Below are positions 13,922 through 25,884 of a stretch of 64,000 bases of DNA, one piece after another. Location: the NCBI GenBank assembly GCA_036172245.1, contig JAYWIR010000018.1, positions 744,001 to 808,000 on the forward strand, in the 5' to 3' direction. The first letter of the stretch is position 1; each line of letters opens with the position of its first letter. The position numbers and the translations under genes are program-made. Origin of the DNA: Raillietiella orientalis (lineage: Eukaryota). The notes beneath the pieces are model-generated. The model saw nothing but the letters and a program-made list of their open reading frames with translations. It searched no databases and was not told where the DNA came from.

Positions 13922-14429
13922 TTCCTATTCTTGCTCCGAATAAACAAAGAGTCTTTATCTTGCACACAACATCAAAACGATTATGTTTTACACTATGCAC
14001 ACGTTCTCATCTGCGGGGTCTGGCATTCGTGGACGCACACATTTATTTTGCTTCGATACCACATAGGATTTTCAGATTTGCCTTTATGAAATGCAAATGG
14101 TTCAAAGCAATCGATATCTTTCGATGCGAGTTCAAGACAAGTTCCGTGGACCCTTAATCTGCAAGCTCAGTTATTTGGCAGATTAGAAAAGTCCTATGCA
14201 AAAAATAGAGAAGTAGAAAAATCGAGACTGGGTCAAATCGCTGCTCCGTGAAAATGTCACGAAACCATGCCCAACATGCAAGATGGTCGACAGATCGTTT
14301 TGCAAAATGTCCTTCTGCACTAAGGCTGGAGTCTTGGGTTGATTGCAGTGATTGCTGCCGTTCCACGGCCAGAACGGCTGCGTCTCGATGTTGCAAAAAG
14401 ACCGAAATCCCACAAGGAAACAATAAGCG

Positions 14430-14443
14430 GTTGCCGTGGAAAC
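14430..14443 (+). promoter_or_regulatory. RFX X-box-like motif in the DCTN2 / BAF-like divergent intergenic region
   Basis: GTTGCCGTGGAAAC is one mismatch from the common X-box GTTGCCATGGAAAC and lies 180 bp upstream of the ATG at 14623. Confidence 0.5.
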
Positions 14444-14622
14444 GACCCGAACCACACGGAATTTCCACTGATCGAAAAATTCCCTTATTTCTCGAGCATT
14501 CTTTGCTTGTTAATCGAAACGACCACGACCACAAATCTCATCGACGGTTTGCTCTTGGCGCTGCCAGCTGAGGAATCCTGCAAGACGATCGGTTTCATTT
14601 CGAGAGTTGGACGCAAGAGAGG

Positions 14623-15000
14623 ATGGCAGATTTGGAGGTTTTAAGGAAGATCGAATCCCAAGTAATGATGTTCCCACGAAACAGAACAATAATTTCCTCG
14701 AAAAAGTTAGCGGACTTCCTCGAATACTCTCGTCCGGATGACCCGGTGGGAAAGATTCCAGGAATGAATCGGCAAATGTACTATGCAATGTCGCAAAGGG
14801 GAATCATGAGACTTGAACAAGTGTATGAAATATTTTTGCGATCCAATTACAAGCTGGGAACATTCATCCAGCATCTGGTGGGAAGGATCGGCAGGACGGG
14901 ACCAGATTTCCTCGAAAGAGTCAACATGATTTTTCTGTCTCTGTTCTATTTGCACCTTCGCATGGAATCTCGTCAAAGACGAAGAAGCATACGCTTCTAA
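14623..15000 (+). CDS. Divergent barrier-to-autointegration factor (BAF/BANF)-like protein, 125 aa, intronless
   Basis: SKKLADFLEYSRPDDPVGKIPG...QRGIMRLEQVYEIFL...TFIQHLVGRIG aligns without gaps to remembered human BAF residues 4-68, with 16/65 identities (S4,K6,D9,F10,P19,V20,G21,G25,R37,G38,V45,F49,L50,F59,L63,G68). Good start context (AGGATGG) and AATAAA at 15005-15010. Confidence 0.75.
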   Translation: MADLEVLRKIESQVMMFPRNRTIISSKKLADFLEYSRPDDPVGKIPGMNRQMYYAMSQRGIMRLEQVYEIFLRSNYKLGTFIQHLVGRIGRTGPDFLERVNMIFLSLFYLHLRMESRQRRRSIRF

Positions 15001-15039
15001 CCGAAATAAATTCTTCGCGGTTTCCTGCATTCTTGGTGA

Positions 15040-16250
15040 TTGTGCGCGAAGGGAGACACCAGTGGGTGTTTCACACCCTCGCCACGAGTGCCGACCGCCT
15101 GAATAATGTCTGCATCTACACTCGACGAAGAAGTACTGGCATCTAGATTCTCCATGTCAGTTTAGAGAATTCCAGGACCCCAATCATTGCCCTACTGCAG
15201 GACCGCCCTTTGAGTAAAAAGTAGAACGCACGAAATCTGGACTCCATGTGTATCATACATGTAGCCGGAAGCAACAAGAGATTCAGGTGGTAGAGGGTCC
15301 TTTCGACGAAGGACCCTCTACCACCTTCCTGTCCTTTCTTAGAATTTCCTGACCTCGCCCTGCCAGTGTCCACTCAATCTCCGATCAAGCAGCAGGAAAA
15401 TCCCTCCGCAAAATGCAAAGTCGGTGCAAGGGTTCTGTTGCTCGCCGATGGGAGCGGTCGAGCAGCATGGACCCACTGTCGAGTCCCGCTGCTGACTCTG
15501 TATCGTGTCTTCATGAGCGCACTGTTTCTGTAATGGACTGAGAAACGTGGGAGGATGTCGGGAGCGAGCCCAACTCTAGAAGCTGTCCAAGAATCTCGGC
15601 CGAGACTGCGACGCGCCTTCCAAAGTCGCAGTTGCCTCGCTTCCATCCTGTCCATGAAGGATGAAAGTGAGGAAACTGCGGGTCCTCCCAACTGTCTTCT
15701 CACCTTCGGAGTCTCGAGCGCGTCACTCTGAAGCAGCTGCTCACATCCGGAGAGCGTGCAGATCGGGATCTCGATCTCGCGATTTGTACTCAGTCATTGA
15801 GCAGTTCCTCCTGAACTCTGCTTCGATGTCTCCACGATGAAAGGAATCTGCCTTGCCAAGCACCGACAGCAGTTTCGACGGGAAAGACACGGCTTTTCTA
15901 GGGTAGCGAAAGTGTCGGATCCAAGTCCTGAGCACGTGGAAAACCCACGCGTAGGGAGGCAGCTCGTTGCCTGTTGAAAAGATTCCGCAGAGAGTTGTTA
16001 CTCCTTGTGTGCTATCCTCGCAGACGCAAGCATCCAGCCTGCTTGCTGGATGAAGAATCTGCCGCTGGCGACGCGATCATCTATGGCAGGTCGGGACACT
16101 CAGCGTTCGAAACTGGGGGGCAAACGTAGAGAGGGGATGACCCCTGATTCCTCCGGAATTCGATCCCGATCTGCTACTCTTTCCGCCTGAGAAGACACAA
16201 GGACTCGAGCACCCGGAAGCAGAGAAGCAAGTTTGCAAGCGTTCTCCCGA
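15040..16250 (-). mobile_element. Decayed non-LTR ORF2 fragment (RT C-terminal half onward)
   Basis: GGIRGHPLS (like GIRQGCPLS) at ~16130-16160, LLSVLGKAD, and LGGPAVSSLSSFMDRMEARQL (like GGLGL); multiple stops and frameshifts. Confidence 0.6.
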
Positions 16251-16279
16251 AGAGTTCCACCTCGGCTTGCCGTCCGGGA

Positions 16280-16920
16280 CTGTGGGACTGGGATCGGCTC
16301 GATTCTCCAACCATGCACAATTTAATGAAGGCCTGCCAGGTCACCGGTTTGCAGACCGGCGCGCGGTCCACCACAGCAGCACACGGGAGAAGGTAAACAC
16401 AGAAAAAAAAACTTTGGGGTGTGTGGAAGGGATCACGTCCTGCTGGTGGCAGTCCTGTCCATCCTCTGTGGGATGCCGACAAGGTCTTGCTGGATATTTC
16501 TGTTCAGGTGGGTCTATCGCATCGCCATCCAGGATGAATTGGACGGTGAAGTGGATGGCATCCCTATTGCTATCATCCTATCGCATCGTCCTCCTGTTGC
16601 ATCGCTCCATGCAGAGACGATCCCACGTTGACAGCACAGGGCTGCCAAGGAGGCCGCTGGCCTAAGGGCGTCGCGAACGAAGAGTTGTTTTATAGCGTCC
16701 CTGTGGTTGCCTCCGGGGGTTCCCCGGGCAGTAGTAAACAGTTCCTGAGGGTCCGGAAGGCAACACAGTCCACCAGCAGGTGGAGGAGGGATCCGTGTCC
16801 CCGCAGCTGATACAATTCGGGTCTACACACACCCGCATCCAGTGATGCTATTGCCGCCGCACGAGTGACCCTAGTGCAGCAGGAATAGAACCAACTCCTA
16901 TCAATTCAAGTGAAGGGTGT
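16280..16920 (-). mobile_element. 3' end of the main L1/Tx1-like family (zinc finger, ORF2 end, structured tail)
   Basis: Colinear similarity with 4040-4700, 40060-40700 and 54680-55150; tail motif ctgctg-tggt-ggacc...ccggt-ctgcaa-accgg...tggcag on the - strand. Confidence 0.8.
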
Positions 16921-16929
16921 GGGGGATCG

Positions 16930-18880
16930 TCTCGAGGACTCGTTCTTGCAGCTTTAGTACCCATCCTTCTCCTCATGAATAGCCTGTCTTTTCTAGAGGA
17001 ACTCGCCGTGAGAAGACGTGGTACTCTTGTTTAGACTCAATCGTACCAGGTCGATCCTAGTGTGCCTCGGCAGACCGATAGAGGACTCCTTCACGTCCCT
17101 TGTAAGAGAATATCGTAAACTCCTCTCGTCAAACCCTTGGCAGTGAAGCCAGCTCCCTAGAGCAGATCATCGTTGAGGGTGACAAGAGCCGCATCGGGAA
17201 ACTACTGGACGGTTTGCAGCTAGGAGGGGATCGAGACAGGGTCCATGTTGCCCGAGGATATATAACCTTACCTTCAGATACAAGGAATGTCAAGTTTGAA
17301 AGCCGTGTATGTGGAGTTCGTAAGAAACCTCAGCGACTCGGAGTTAGGTCCGGCGACCTCCGAGAGCTGAGGAAGTTCGGCGGCGGCAATGAATGTGGCG
17401 ATAATCTACTGTCGACTAAAGTTATGTGTAAGCGTATGTAAACGGGAGGAAGGTGTTCCCTGCCTCTGAGGACAAATCGCATGTGATCCACCTGAGAGGG
17501 GAGGGGACCACTGTCGACGTATCCGAGGACGTGGTAGTGATCGAAATCGTCAAAGTTCGGCACTGTTCATACAGTATGTGGCAAAAGAGCGCCACGCTGC
17601 CCCTTCAAAACATTTAACGGGATGATCCCGGCACGTGTAATCACAAAGTTCCTCCTGGTTGTGTCTCAGTTGCGACCACCTCGCCGAGATCCTTAGGAAC
17701 ATGAAAACGAAGGAGGTGGTGGCTTCTCTGCTGCTCTAGCCTCCGTCGTCGGAGCTTCAATCCGCCGAGATTCCGCAGACAAAACTGCGATCGTAGAGGC
17801 AGGCGACGTCCCGTGAAGGGGCGAGATCCTCGGGCGGTCTCCTAGGAACTTAATGGACGTGGTCAAACGTGTCCAGGAACACTGGGGGGCAACGTACTCC
17901 GGAAGCAGGTGCGGCAGGGTTTCCCTTTCCCCGCACCTGGCACAGTTCGGGGCCGCACTTCCGCTGGTCCAGCGGTGGAGGCACGAGTTGCATAGGATGT
18001 TCCAGTGCAGCAGTCACAATGCAGTCCTGCCACTTCAGAGGCAGCACTGAGTTGTCCAAGAACGGCGCGGGGATCTGGATTTCTTCCAACGGGATCCCAA
18101 GGAGGCCCGTCCAGCGAAGAAGGGCGGTGCTGGGCGGAAGAGTCGGCTAGCTGATACGCGCTATCCAGCATCCCTATTGCTTCTTTATTTTCCTGCGATC
18201 TCACAGTTCATTTCCTATCTTGCGGGCTGATGGCTGTCTTGGCCACCCCGCAAGGGCTACAGCATCGCAGCATGGGGGTTTTGCTGAGCCCGCGGGGTCT
18301 TCCTCGGGCAGTCCATCTTCAGCGAACAGGGAGCGTAATTGGAACGACGCGAAGAGTTGCGCGATGGTGGAATCACTGAGAAGTTTCGATCTCGCGCTCC
18401 TGCAGGAGGCACACAACCTCTCCCTGCAGAAGATTCTCGAGATCAAACAGTTCTAAGCAGGAACCCTTGAGGTGAAATGCGACTGGAAGACCTTCCCTCT
18501 CCCATTCCCAAAGAGGGAATCTGCATTCATTTCTGCCGAACGAGTGCAGATGCAGGCATTGTTCTAGTGGTCGGCACTCTTGGCGAGGGTGTGCTCCACA
18601 AGTCACTGATGTCTCCCTTTGCGCACAATCATGAAGGATGCAGAAAACTGCAAAGGACGAGTGCCCATGCTTTCAACCAGACGTAAGCGAGGTCGAGATC
18701 TGGGTTACCCCACTTCTTTCGATTCTGTCTCTGGTGGAAGAACACGATTGGATATCCTGCCGCCCATTGAACAGGAATTCTTGGCGGAAGGAATCACCGG
18801 GAGCGTGGAGGCGTGTAGAAAATCCAACCCTCCCGAACAACGTCACCATTGGTCGTCTGTGAAAACTCTCCCTTGCAAGG
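16930..18880. mobile_element. Mixed L1-like fragments: ORF1 remnant (+, ~17200-17750), zinc-finger piece (-, ~17850-18070), APE endonuclease piece (+, ~18330-18660) joined to a post-RT piece (+, ~18690-18880)
   Basis: FDLALLQEAH (APE LQETH motif), GIVLVVGTL...FAHN, then IWVTP...EEHDWISCRP, which matches LWITP...ENTWISYRP at ~5080-5250. Confidence 0.6.
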
Positions 18881-18899
18881 ATACTGGATGATGTTAGGC

Positions 18900-19930
18900 T
18901 GCTTTCCAAATCCCCGCGGTCCAGGCAACAAGCGGATGCGAATCCAGGAGTTGGGGGACATCCGTCCCCCAGAAATCAGAACCTTAAAGCCATAGGACGC
19001 CCCTACCCTACGAAAAAGACACCGGCAACAGGAAGCGTGTCTGTTAGAAAGAACTCCACTACAGAGAGATAGAGTTCGTGCGCCCAAACAACCCCCATGT
19101 CGGCGACTTATCAAACAAGGTTTCCGTGACAACCAAGCTTCGAGGAAAACCAGCCAACGTCGAAGCTCGTCTTAAAAACCACAACAACTATGCGTGGTCC
19201 AGGGAAGCCAAGAAAAATCTACTCCGCATCATAAGAGAAGACGATAAGACACCAGTGCCCTCCAGGAAGATGCCCATCGTCACAGGGATGACATTGTCAA
19301 TTCCCTGGAGGACGGAACCACGATCTGGAGGAGTGACTTACCGCTAGACTCCCAGAATAGACTCCTGATGTTCTATCACGGAGGAATCCTGAGCGGGTCT
19401 AGAATGAAACATTTTACAGGAGCAAGACAAGATGAGGACTGCAGAGCATGCGGGGATGTGGACACCAGACTTCACGTCTTGACCTACCCCACGATCCATC
19501 AAGACTGGCAGACTGTGAAAAGGGTCATAGGGCAGCAAAACTACTCACCAACAGAAGTCCTAGCCAAGATGTTCCCGGGTTACAACCCCATGGTTAGGAT
19601 GACCGTTGCCCTATTCATCACCGCCATCCTCATAAAATGGTAGAAAATGAGGAACGCCAGCACGGCCGCATCTTCCGTGGAAGTCCTGAAAGCGGTTATC
19701 CGGTAAGAGATCGGCATAAGGAACCGTGGCAGAATGCCGGCCTGGACTTATCGATACATCTAGAAAAGGATCGAAGATAATGCTCAGGCTCAATCAACGC
19801 CCAGTCCACCCTAATGCAGAACCCCAGTGCTGTGACTCCTAGTTAATGAACTTTCAAGAATTCTAAGTGACAGTGAAATGAAAATCGAATGAATGAGTAT
19901 GTAGTGTGAATGTAGAAGAAAATAAATTTA
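18900..19930 (+). mobile_element. 3' part of ORF2 of a second, less GC-rich L1/Tx1-like family
   Basis: DEDCRACGDVDTRLHVL zinc-finger remnant followed by ...ILIKW*KMRN (IWxxRN motif), and AATAAA near 19921. Confidence 0.65.
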
Positions 19931-20128
19931 CCTCACTCCTTGTGGGACTTGGGGAAAATAGAAGCTGGTCTTAAAGGAAGTTATCGTTCAGGAAATCTTT
20001 TTGCAAAATTGTAGCGAAAATGTTCTTTGGTTCTTTTCACCAAAAATGTTCTTTGGTTTCTTGTTACACATTTTACTATGCTTCAAGGCTGCCCATTCGT
20101 TGCACACCCGCTGAAAGCAGTCTGCTGC

Positions 20129-20802
20129 ATGAGAGGACGGAGGTGCGAGCGGCGAGTGAGGCTTCAGAGGTGTCGACCGGCGCCAGTCAGCTGGAGGGGG
20201 AACGAGAGCCACTGGCGTCGGAGGGAAACGGGCAAGAAGAGGAGGACGACCTGGAGAGCGAGGACGAGGACGACGACGACTTGGAGGATGAGAAGGCGGT
20301 TCTGGTGCTCGTCCCTGATCGTACCACCGTTGCCTCGCGCCTGCGTCCCCAAGGACGAAGAGGCGCGGGAGTGGGAGCAGTACCTGGCCACGTCCGCCTT
20401 CCAGGACGCGTACTATGCGCGCTTTTCGAGGTCCTGAGGACCGGCCCAAACTTGTCACGGGGTACCCGTACGTCTTCTGCGGCGTCCAGGCCAAGGCGAA
20501 GCTGTGCATCGACTGTTCGGAAGAGATCATGGACCCCATGAAGACGGACATGTTCCAACCGGAAGAAGATGCTGCTCGCGCGACATCTCCTGGAGGACGA
20601 GGTGGCCAATGTGCTCGAGCTCGTCATCACCCAGAGGACCAGGGTGAAGCTGGGCAACAAGATAAGGACGTCCGACCCCAGCATGGTGTATCTGCCCGGC
20701 ACATGGTTCGGGAACCTGGACCAGGTGCGCTACCTCAGGGGCACCATCCGATCCTACAAGAGGAGGCTGAGGGTCCTGCAGAAGACGCGGAAAAAGCATT
20801 GA
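20129..20802 (+). pseudogene. Frameshifted GC3-rich orphan coding sequence (acidic N-terminus, CxxC, basic C-terminus)
   Basis: Coding-like codon usage passes through ORFs 20020, 20027, 20415 and 20569 in successive +1 frames; no family recognised. Confidence 0.55.
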
Positions 20803-21174
20803 GCGGCGCGCGCTGGGATGCCGGGACCACCCGCTCCTGAACCGACCAAGGGAGTCGATCCTCAGCAATGCACCTAAGATAGGGAGTAGCACCTCCCACG
20901 ACGCCATCACGCGACGGGCTGCGAACCCGGCGATATATATATACATGTATAAATCGCTAAAAGTTTTTTTTTGTTTGCTGTTTGCCTCGACAATCAAAAG
21001 GATCGCCTGCTACTTAATTTAAAATGAGGGAATACCGAAAAAGAAAAAACAGATATGAAGTCCCATATACAAGGGACTGCTTACACATCATGAAATGACG
21101 GGATCTATGTATTTACCAAAACAATAGAAATTTAGGCGTTTTCACGTAAATGTTTCAAAAAGATGTATGTCCAT

Positions 21175-24100
21175 TTATAGGTAGATCAGAGATTTTTTAT
21201 GCAGGTTTAAAATAGACTCTGCTATTACATGGGCAGATTCTCGTTGATATCCACCACTCGTTACCATCACTATCGGTATATTTCTCGATTTTGCCATTTT
21301 AAAAACCATTTCATCACGACTAATAACTCCTCGTCTTGAAATCTGCAGTCCTCCAATAGGATCCCCTTGTAATACATCAGTACCTGCATTGTAGAAAAGG
21401 CAGTGACAAGGGAACTTATCCAATGCTGACTCTAGATGTCTAAACAGTTTCTCAGGTCAAAATGCTACACAAAGTCTCACATTTCCAATTTACACAAGTA
21501 CTCAATATCTGTGATCTGCGGCTCAAGAACCACATTTTTTTTAATGGCTTGTTTGGCTTCCGTGTCATTGGGATAAATCGATCCGTTGTACATGTCCAGA
21601 ATGTAAACTCGTTCATCGTTCAAAAAATCCCTTTCATGTCCATTGCCCTGAAGCAGCAATCATGACATTACAAATGAATCCAAGTCATTACCTGGCAGCT
21701 CCTAAACAATGTTCCCAATTCGCAAAATTTAGCACGAATGGGTTCAAATCATAGCTATAAAACGGAATTACTGAATAAAGAACATTATCAACAAAAAGTA
21801 TGCTATTAAACCAAGTGGAATAGAAAACTGCTGCGACCAAAAATACGATTCACACTTACCTCCTGGACGTTCTGAAACAAAATGAGTTTAACATTACGCT
21901 AATTCATTACTCAAGAAGGAAAACTGGTTTAAGCCTAAAGCTCAAATAGAAAACAACTACGACAAAAATGCATATCGGTGATTGGTCTATCAATGCAGCA
22001 CCTGTACATTTACAGTGCTTGGACTTATTTGGAAAATTAGGGATCCTTCCCATGCAGATTAAGCAAAAACGATTGCTACAAATGAGACTACAAAGTGGAT
22101 CAAAGTGGTTCGGTGAACTCAGCGAAAATAAACTTCATCCAAGACGAATTGAACAAAACAGGATCTCAAAATTGTGGAACGTATGATGTGTGGAGCAAAG
22201 TATCAAGATATCTCAATAACAGGAATGACAGCCATTACAAAAATATTTTGTAACTCCAAATTTCGTCTTTCAAAACACAACCGATTGATGCAATTTTCCC
22301 TCATCCGATGCACACAAACGCAAATCAATCTTTCTGACCACAGTCTATTTGAAGGCGAAATGCTGTAAACAAAAATGTTTTAATTCTCAAGATGGGCCCA
22401 CAAACATGTGGAAATTTTAGAAACAAACGCTTAAAATCTTGTGCTGCAAGTTGCACATATGGGGAAATGTTGTAAACTATCTCTGCACTATCATGACAAT
22501 ATGCGCACTAACTTGAAAAAAATCGAAAAATCATTTCATATGTAAGGTCGCCAAGCAATCCTAAAATACCAATCACTTAAAAATGAGAAAAAGAAAAACA
22601 ACACAAAGGTACATAAAATGAAGCAAACAAGGAACCATACACAAAAAGCGCCATTCCATTGAAGATTAACGAAGGACAGATTCCAAATGAGGAAAATTAT
22701 GTAACATGGAGGAAGCAAAATCATTTAAACAAGAACTGCATACTATGAACCTGTTTATACTTCCAATCATTGGAATTTAATATTCATTTGTTATCAAATA
22801 TTTTGTCTACATGATTTCTGAAAATGGTGCCCTTTGATTTGGATTTAGAACTCATGATGCACATGAGAATTTTGTATCAGTATACACATAAAAAGAAAAG
22901 CAGGTTTGTTTCAAATGCAAAATAACCGTAATCAGTTTCTAATTTTACAGGAAAGTATCCACATCTTTTGAAGACATAAGTCCTGTACACTTTATAGATA
23001 AGGACGGTATGACTCGAGTCTCAATTAAAATGAAGTTTCCATTTCCAGTTTCTAATCCTACAGATACTATAAACACACAATTCATAGCAAAATGACAACA
23101 GTTGCAGCCAAATGATGCTCATTATCCTTGTTTTTCACTTACATTAACTTTATGCATCTTTTTTGATTACATGTATACAAAAACACATATTGGCAAATTG
23201 ACTCGGATTTTCGTTTTGTATTGGAAACAAACAATTTCAAATGGTGTTCTCTGTGCATTATTTAAAAGTTGGCATTTATTAAAAAAATTCCAGAATAATT
23301 ATAAAATACCTATTATTATTTTTTCAATACTTTTCAAATATAACAAGGACCAGGATCAAGCCATTTATCTGGTAATGTGCCTTAGGGGATTTGTACGAAT
23401 CAGTTTTTCAATTTGAATAATAGCAACAAAAATGTATAAATCATGTACAAGAAAGCAGATGTGAATATCATATCTTGTTAATGTAATGTAAACATCCAAA
23501 ATTTTAAAAAATGAAGATCAAAAAAACAATACTATAGTGATCACTAACTTGATGGGCATCTAAATCAACAATCATCACTGTTCGAACAGCATGAAAATGA
23601 TGAAACAAAAAACGAATGCAAAGGCTGATATCTGCATACACACAAAACCCACTGCCTTGTTCTGAAGAGCAATGATGGAATCCACCACCTATATTGATTG
23701 CCCATCCTCTTTCTATGGCCAACTTGCCAGCAAGAACTGTCCCTCCTACATGATATCTGGAGAAAAACAACAAAGCTATACTTTTTTTTTTTTTTTTTTA
23801 CAAACTGCACTATAATAAGGCACTTTTCATTAAACTATCCTTCAAAAGATATAGAAAAAAATTCAAACAGATTTAAAAGCACATGCATTTGAAGGACTGC
23901 TTTCTTTGCTTTATTAGGTGCTTTGCTGCATATACATGTGCAATAATTTAAAGCATACACACTTAGCAGGAAGCTTTAATTAAAATGTCACTTTATTTTT
24001 GAATATTTTTATCAAAGAACAAATTGAATTATTCATTATGGTAGTACCATATGGTATGGAATTAAGTATGAAATAACAATGAGCTTAAAGATAACTAGAA

Positions 24101-25884
24101 ACTACACACAATGCAAATGTAATACACTGCAAGAGCATTTAATACGGGCATAAAAATGGATTAGAAAGAATAATAGCATATTGAAAAATTCTACCATTTA
24201 GAAAACAATCCATTGGAAATCTGTTATTCCACCAAAGCACTGCTAGTAATCCATAAATGACCATAAACTTTGTTTCAAGATATGAACCAAAGAGAAATGC
24301 AAGACAGAAATCGAATTAACGAAACATCTAAATGAAATTGAGTGTTCTCTAGCATTAAGTGTTCAACACATGAAATGCCTTTTACAGAAGGTAGATATGT
24401 TCGGTATAAACTTGCTTTCAAAAATTCTTATGCATTAAGTCTTTGGTCCCATCATTCATAAGTGTCTTTTAATACAATGCCCTGATGAATATTGATGATT
24501 TGAGAATTTCCAATTCGAAATATTCGAACTGGAAATTCTCAAATCCTTCTGATAAAGATCGAATCACAGAAGAAAATGAAGATTAAAAAAAATATATATT
24601 TTTTTTAATAAAAATATCTCTAATTTCTTAAAAATTCCTTTTATAAAAATCTTTAGTATTGAAAAAATGCAATGCATGCTGAAAAAAGACTGAACACTAC
24701 TGAAGGACAGGAAATAGTAAAAGTTTGAGAAATCTTTTGAAAACCCTACGAAAACTGAATGTTCATAAAAAGAAAATAACATTTTATGACAAAATATCAA
24801 TAAAATAATCTTCATCCAAACACTAAGGTTTGGTAAACTGAAAAATGTTTTGTCATTGAAACTTTTAAACTTAATCTTAATTCATTTCTGAATAAGTATT
24901 AACCTAAAGATCAACCACTCAACTTTCAACCTACAAACTCAGAATTATATCTATCTCAGCAGCCAAAAAAAGTTCATTCAAGTTATAGATAGAAGAACAA
25001 AATTAGCAACAGTTCAATAGAGATTTCAGGACACAATGACAACAAAATCAAGCTTTTTCAGAGATCATTTCTAGTTGTTGACCATTAGTTTTACATTTGT
25101 ATCCCTGTATCTCTTGAACCTAATAATCAGTCGTTTTCATTACAAAATATTGACATCAAATCTTATTTTTAGTTCAAAACCTCAAAAAACATCACCCATA
25201 TTCAAACAATTGTAATGCATTTCTATCATAAGGCAAAAAATGTGGTATATCTACATCTTAGGTCACATGTAACCCTTCTAGCATGAGTAGCGTTCTATGA
25301 ATCATCTACCATTATTTTGCATATGCTGGTAGGCTAACATTGGAATCATCATTCAATCACAATTCTGGAATGGCATGACCTTGTAAAAATTAATAAAATG
25401 TTACCTGAAAGCAGAAAGAACATTTCTTTGTAAAAGACAGTTGGGCAAGAATGCTGCACAGGGAACCTCCATTATTTGAGCAATCTGATAACTCCACTGT
25501 AAGGTAATCAGGTAACTACTTAAAATATAGGAATACTTTGTTATTTACCTTGAGACTATTCAAGTAATCCTTGGTATGAACAATTGATAGATCATCAAGA
25601 GAGGCTTGTTCTGGTTTCACAGCAGTCCCCAATGACAAAAGGCCTGCATCTTCCAAAAGCTGCACATGAAGCAAATTAAACAATCAATTTAATATGACCA
25701 AAAATTTCAGCTGAACCATAAAACAACAGACCTTAAACACATGTCCCCACTTTTTTGAATCAAATGGATGTATTTTTTCTAAACCATACAAAGAAATGTT
25801 ATATTCAGGAGTGTAAATAATTGGCCAGCAAGTGGATGGAACTTCCTTGTATAACTGAGATCTGAAACATCTAGCATTAAGCAT
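21175..25884 (-). CDS. HDAC11: Histone deacetylase 11 (class IV); 5' end uncertain
   Basis: Exons: 25884 (or acceptor near 25861)-25732 (WPIIYTPEYNISLYGLEKIHPFDSKKW), 25659-25549, 25496-25405, 23756-23549 (GWAINIGGGFHHCS...DLDAHQ), 21647-21481 (GNGHERDF), 21439-21175 (YNAGTD...VTSGGYQ). Catalytic motifs are intact. Confidence 0.93.
24497..24545. repeat. Near-perfect inverted repeat (22 bp paired, one mismatch, 3 nt loop) in an HDAC11 intron
   Basis: GATTTGAGAATTTCCA-A-TTCGAA-ATA-TTCGAA-C-TGGAAATTCTCAAATC. Confidence 0.9.

Noticed and set aside
20017..20058. Direct repeat aaaatgttctttggtt x2 as a CRISPR-like unit or target-site duplication
   Set aside because: Only two copies, 26 bp apart; this is a simple local duplication.
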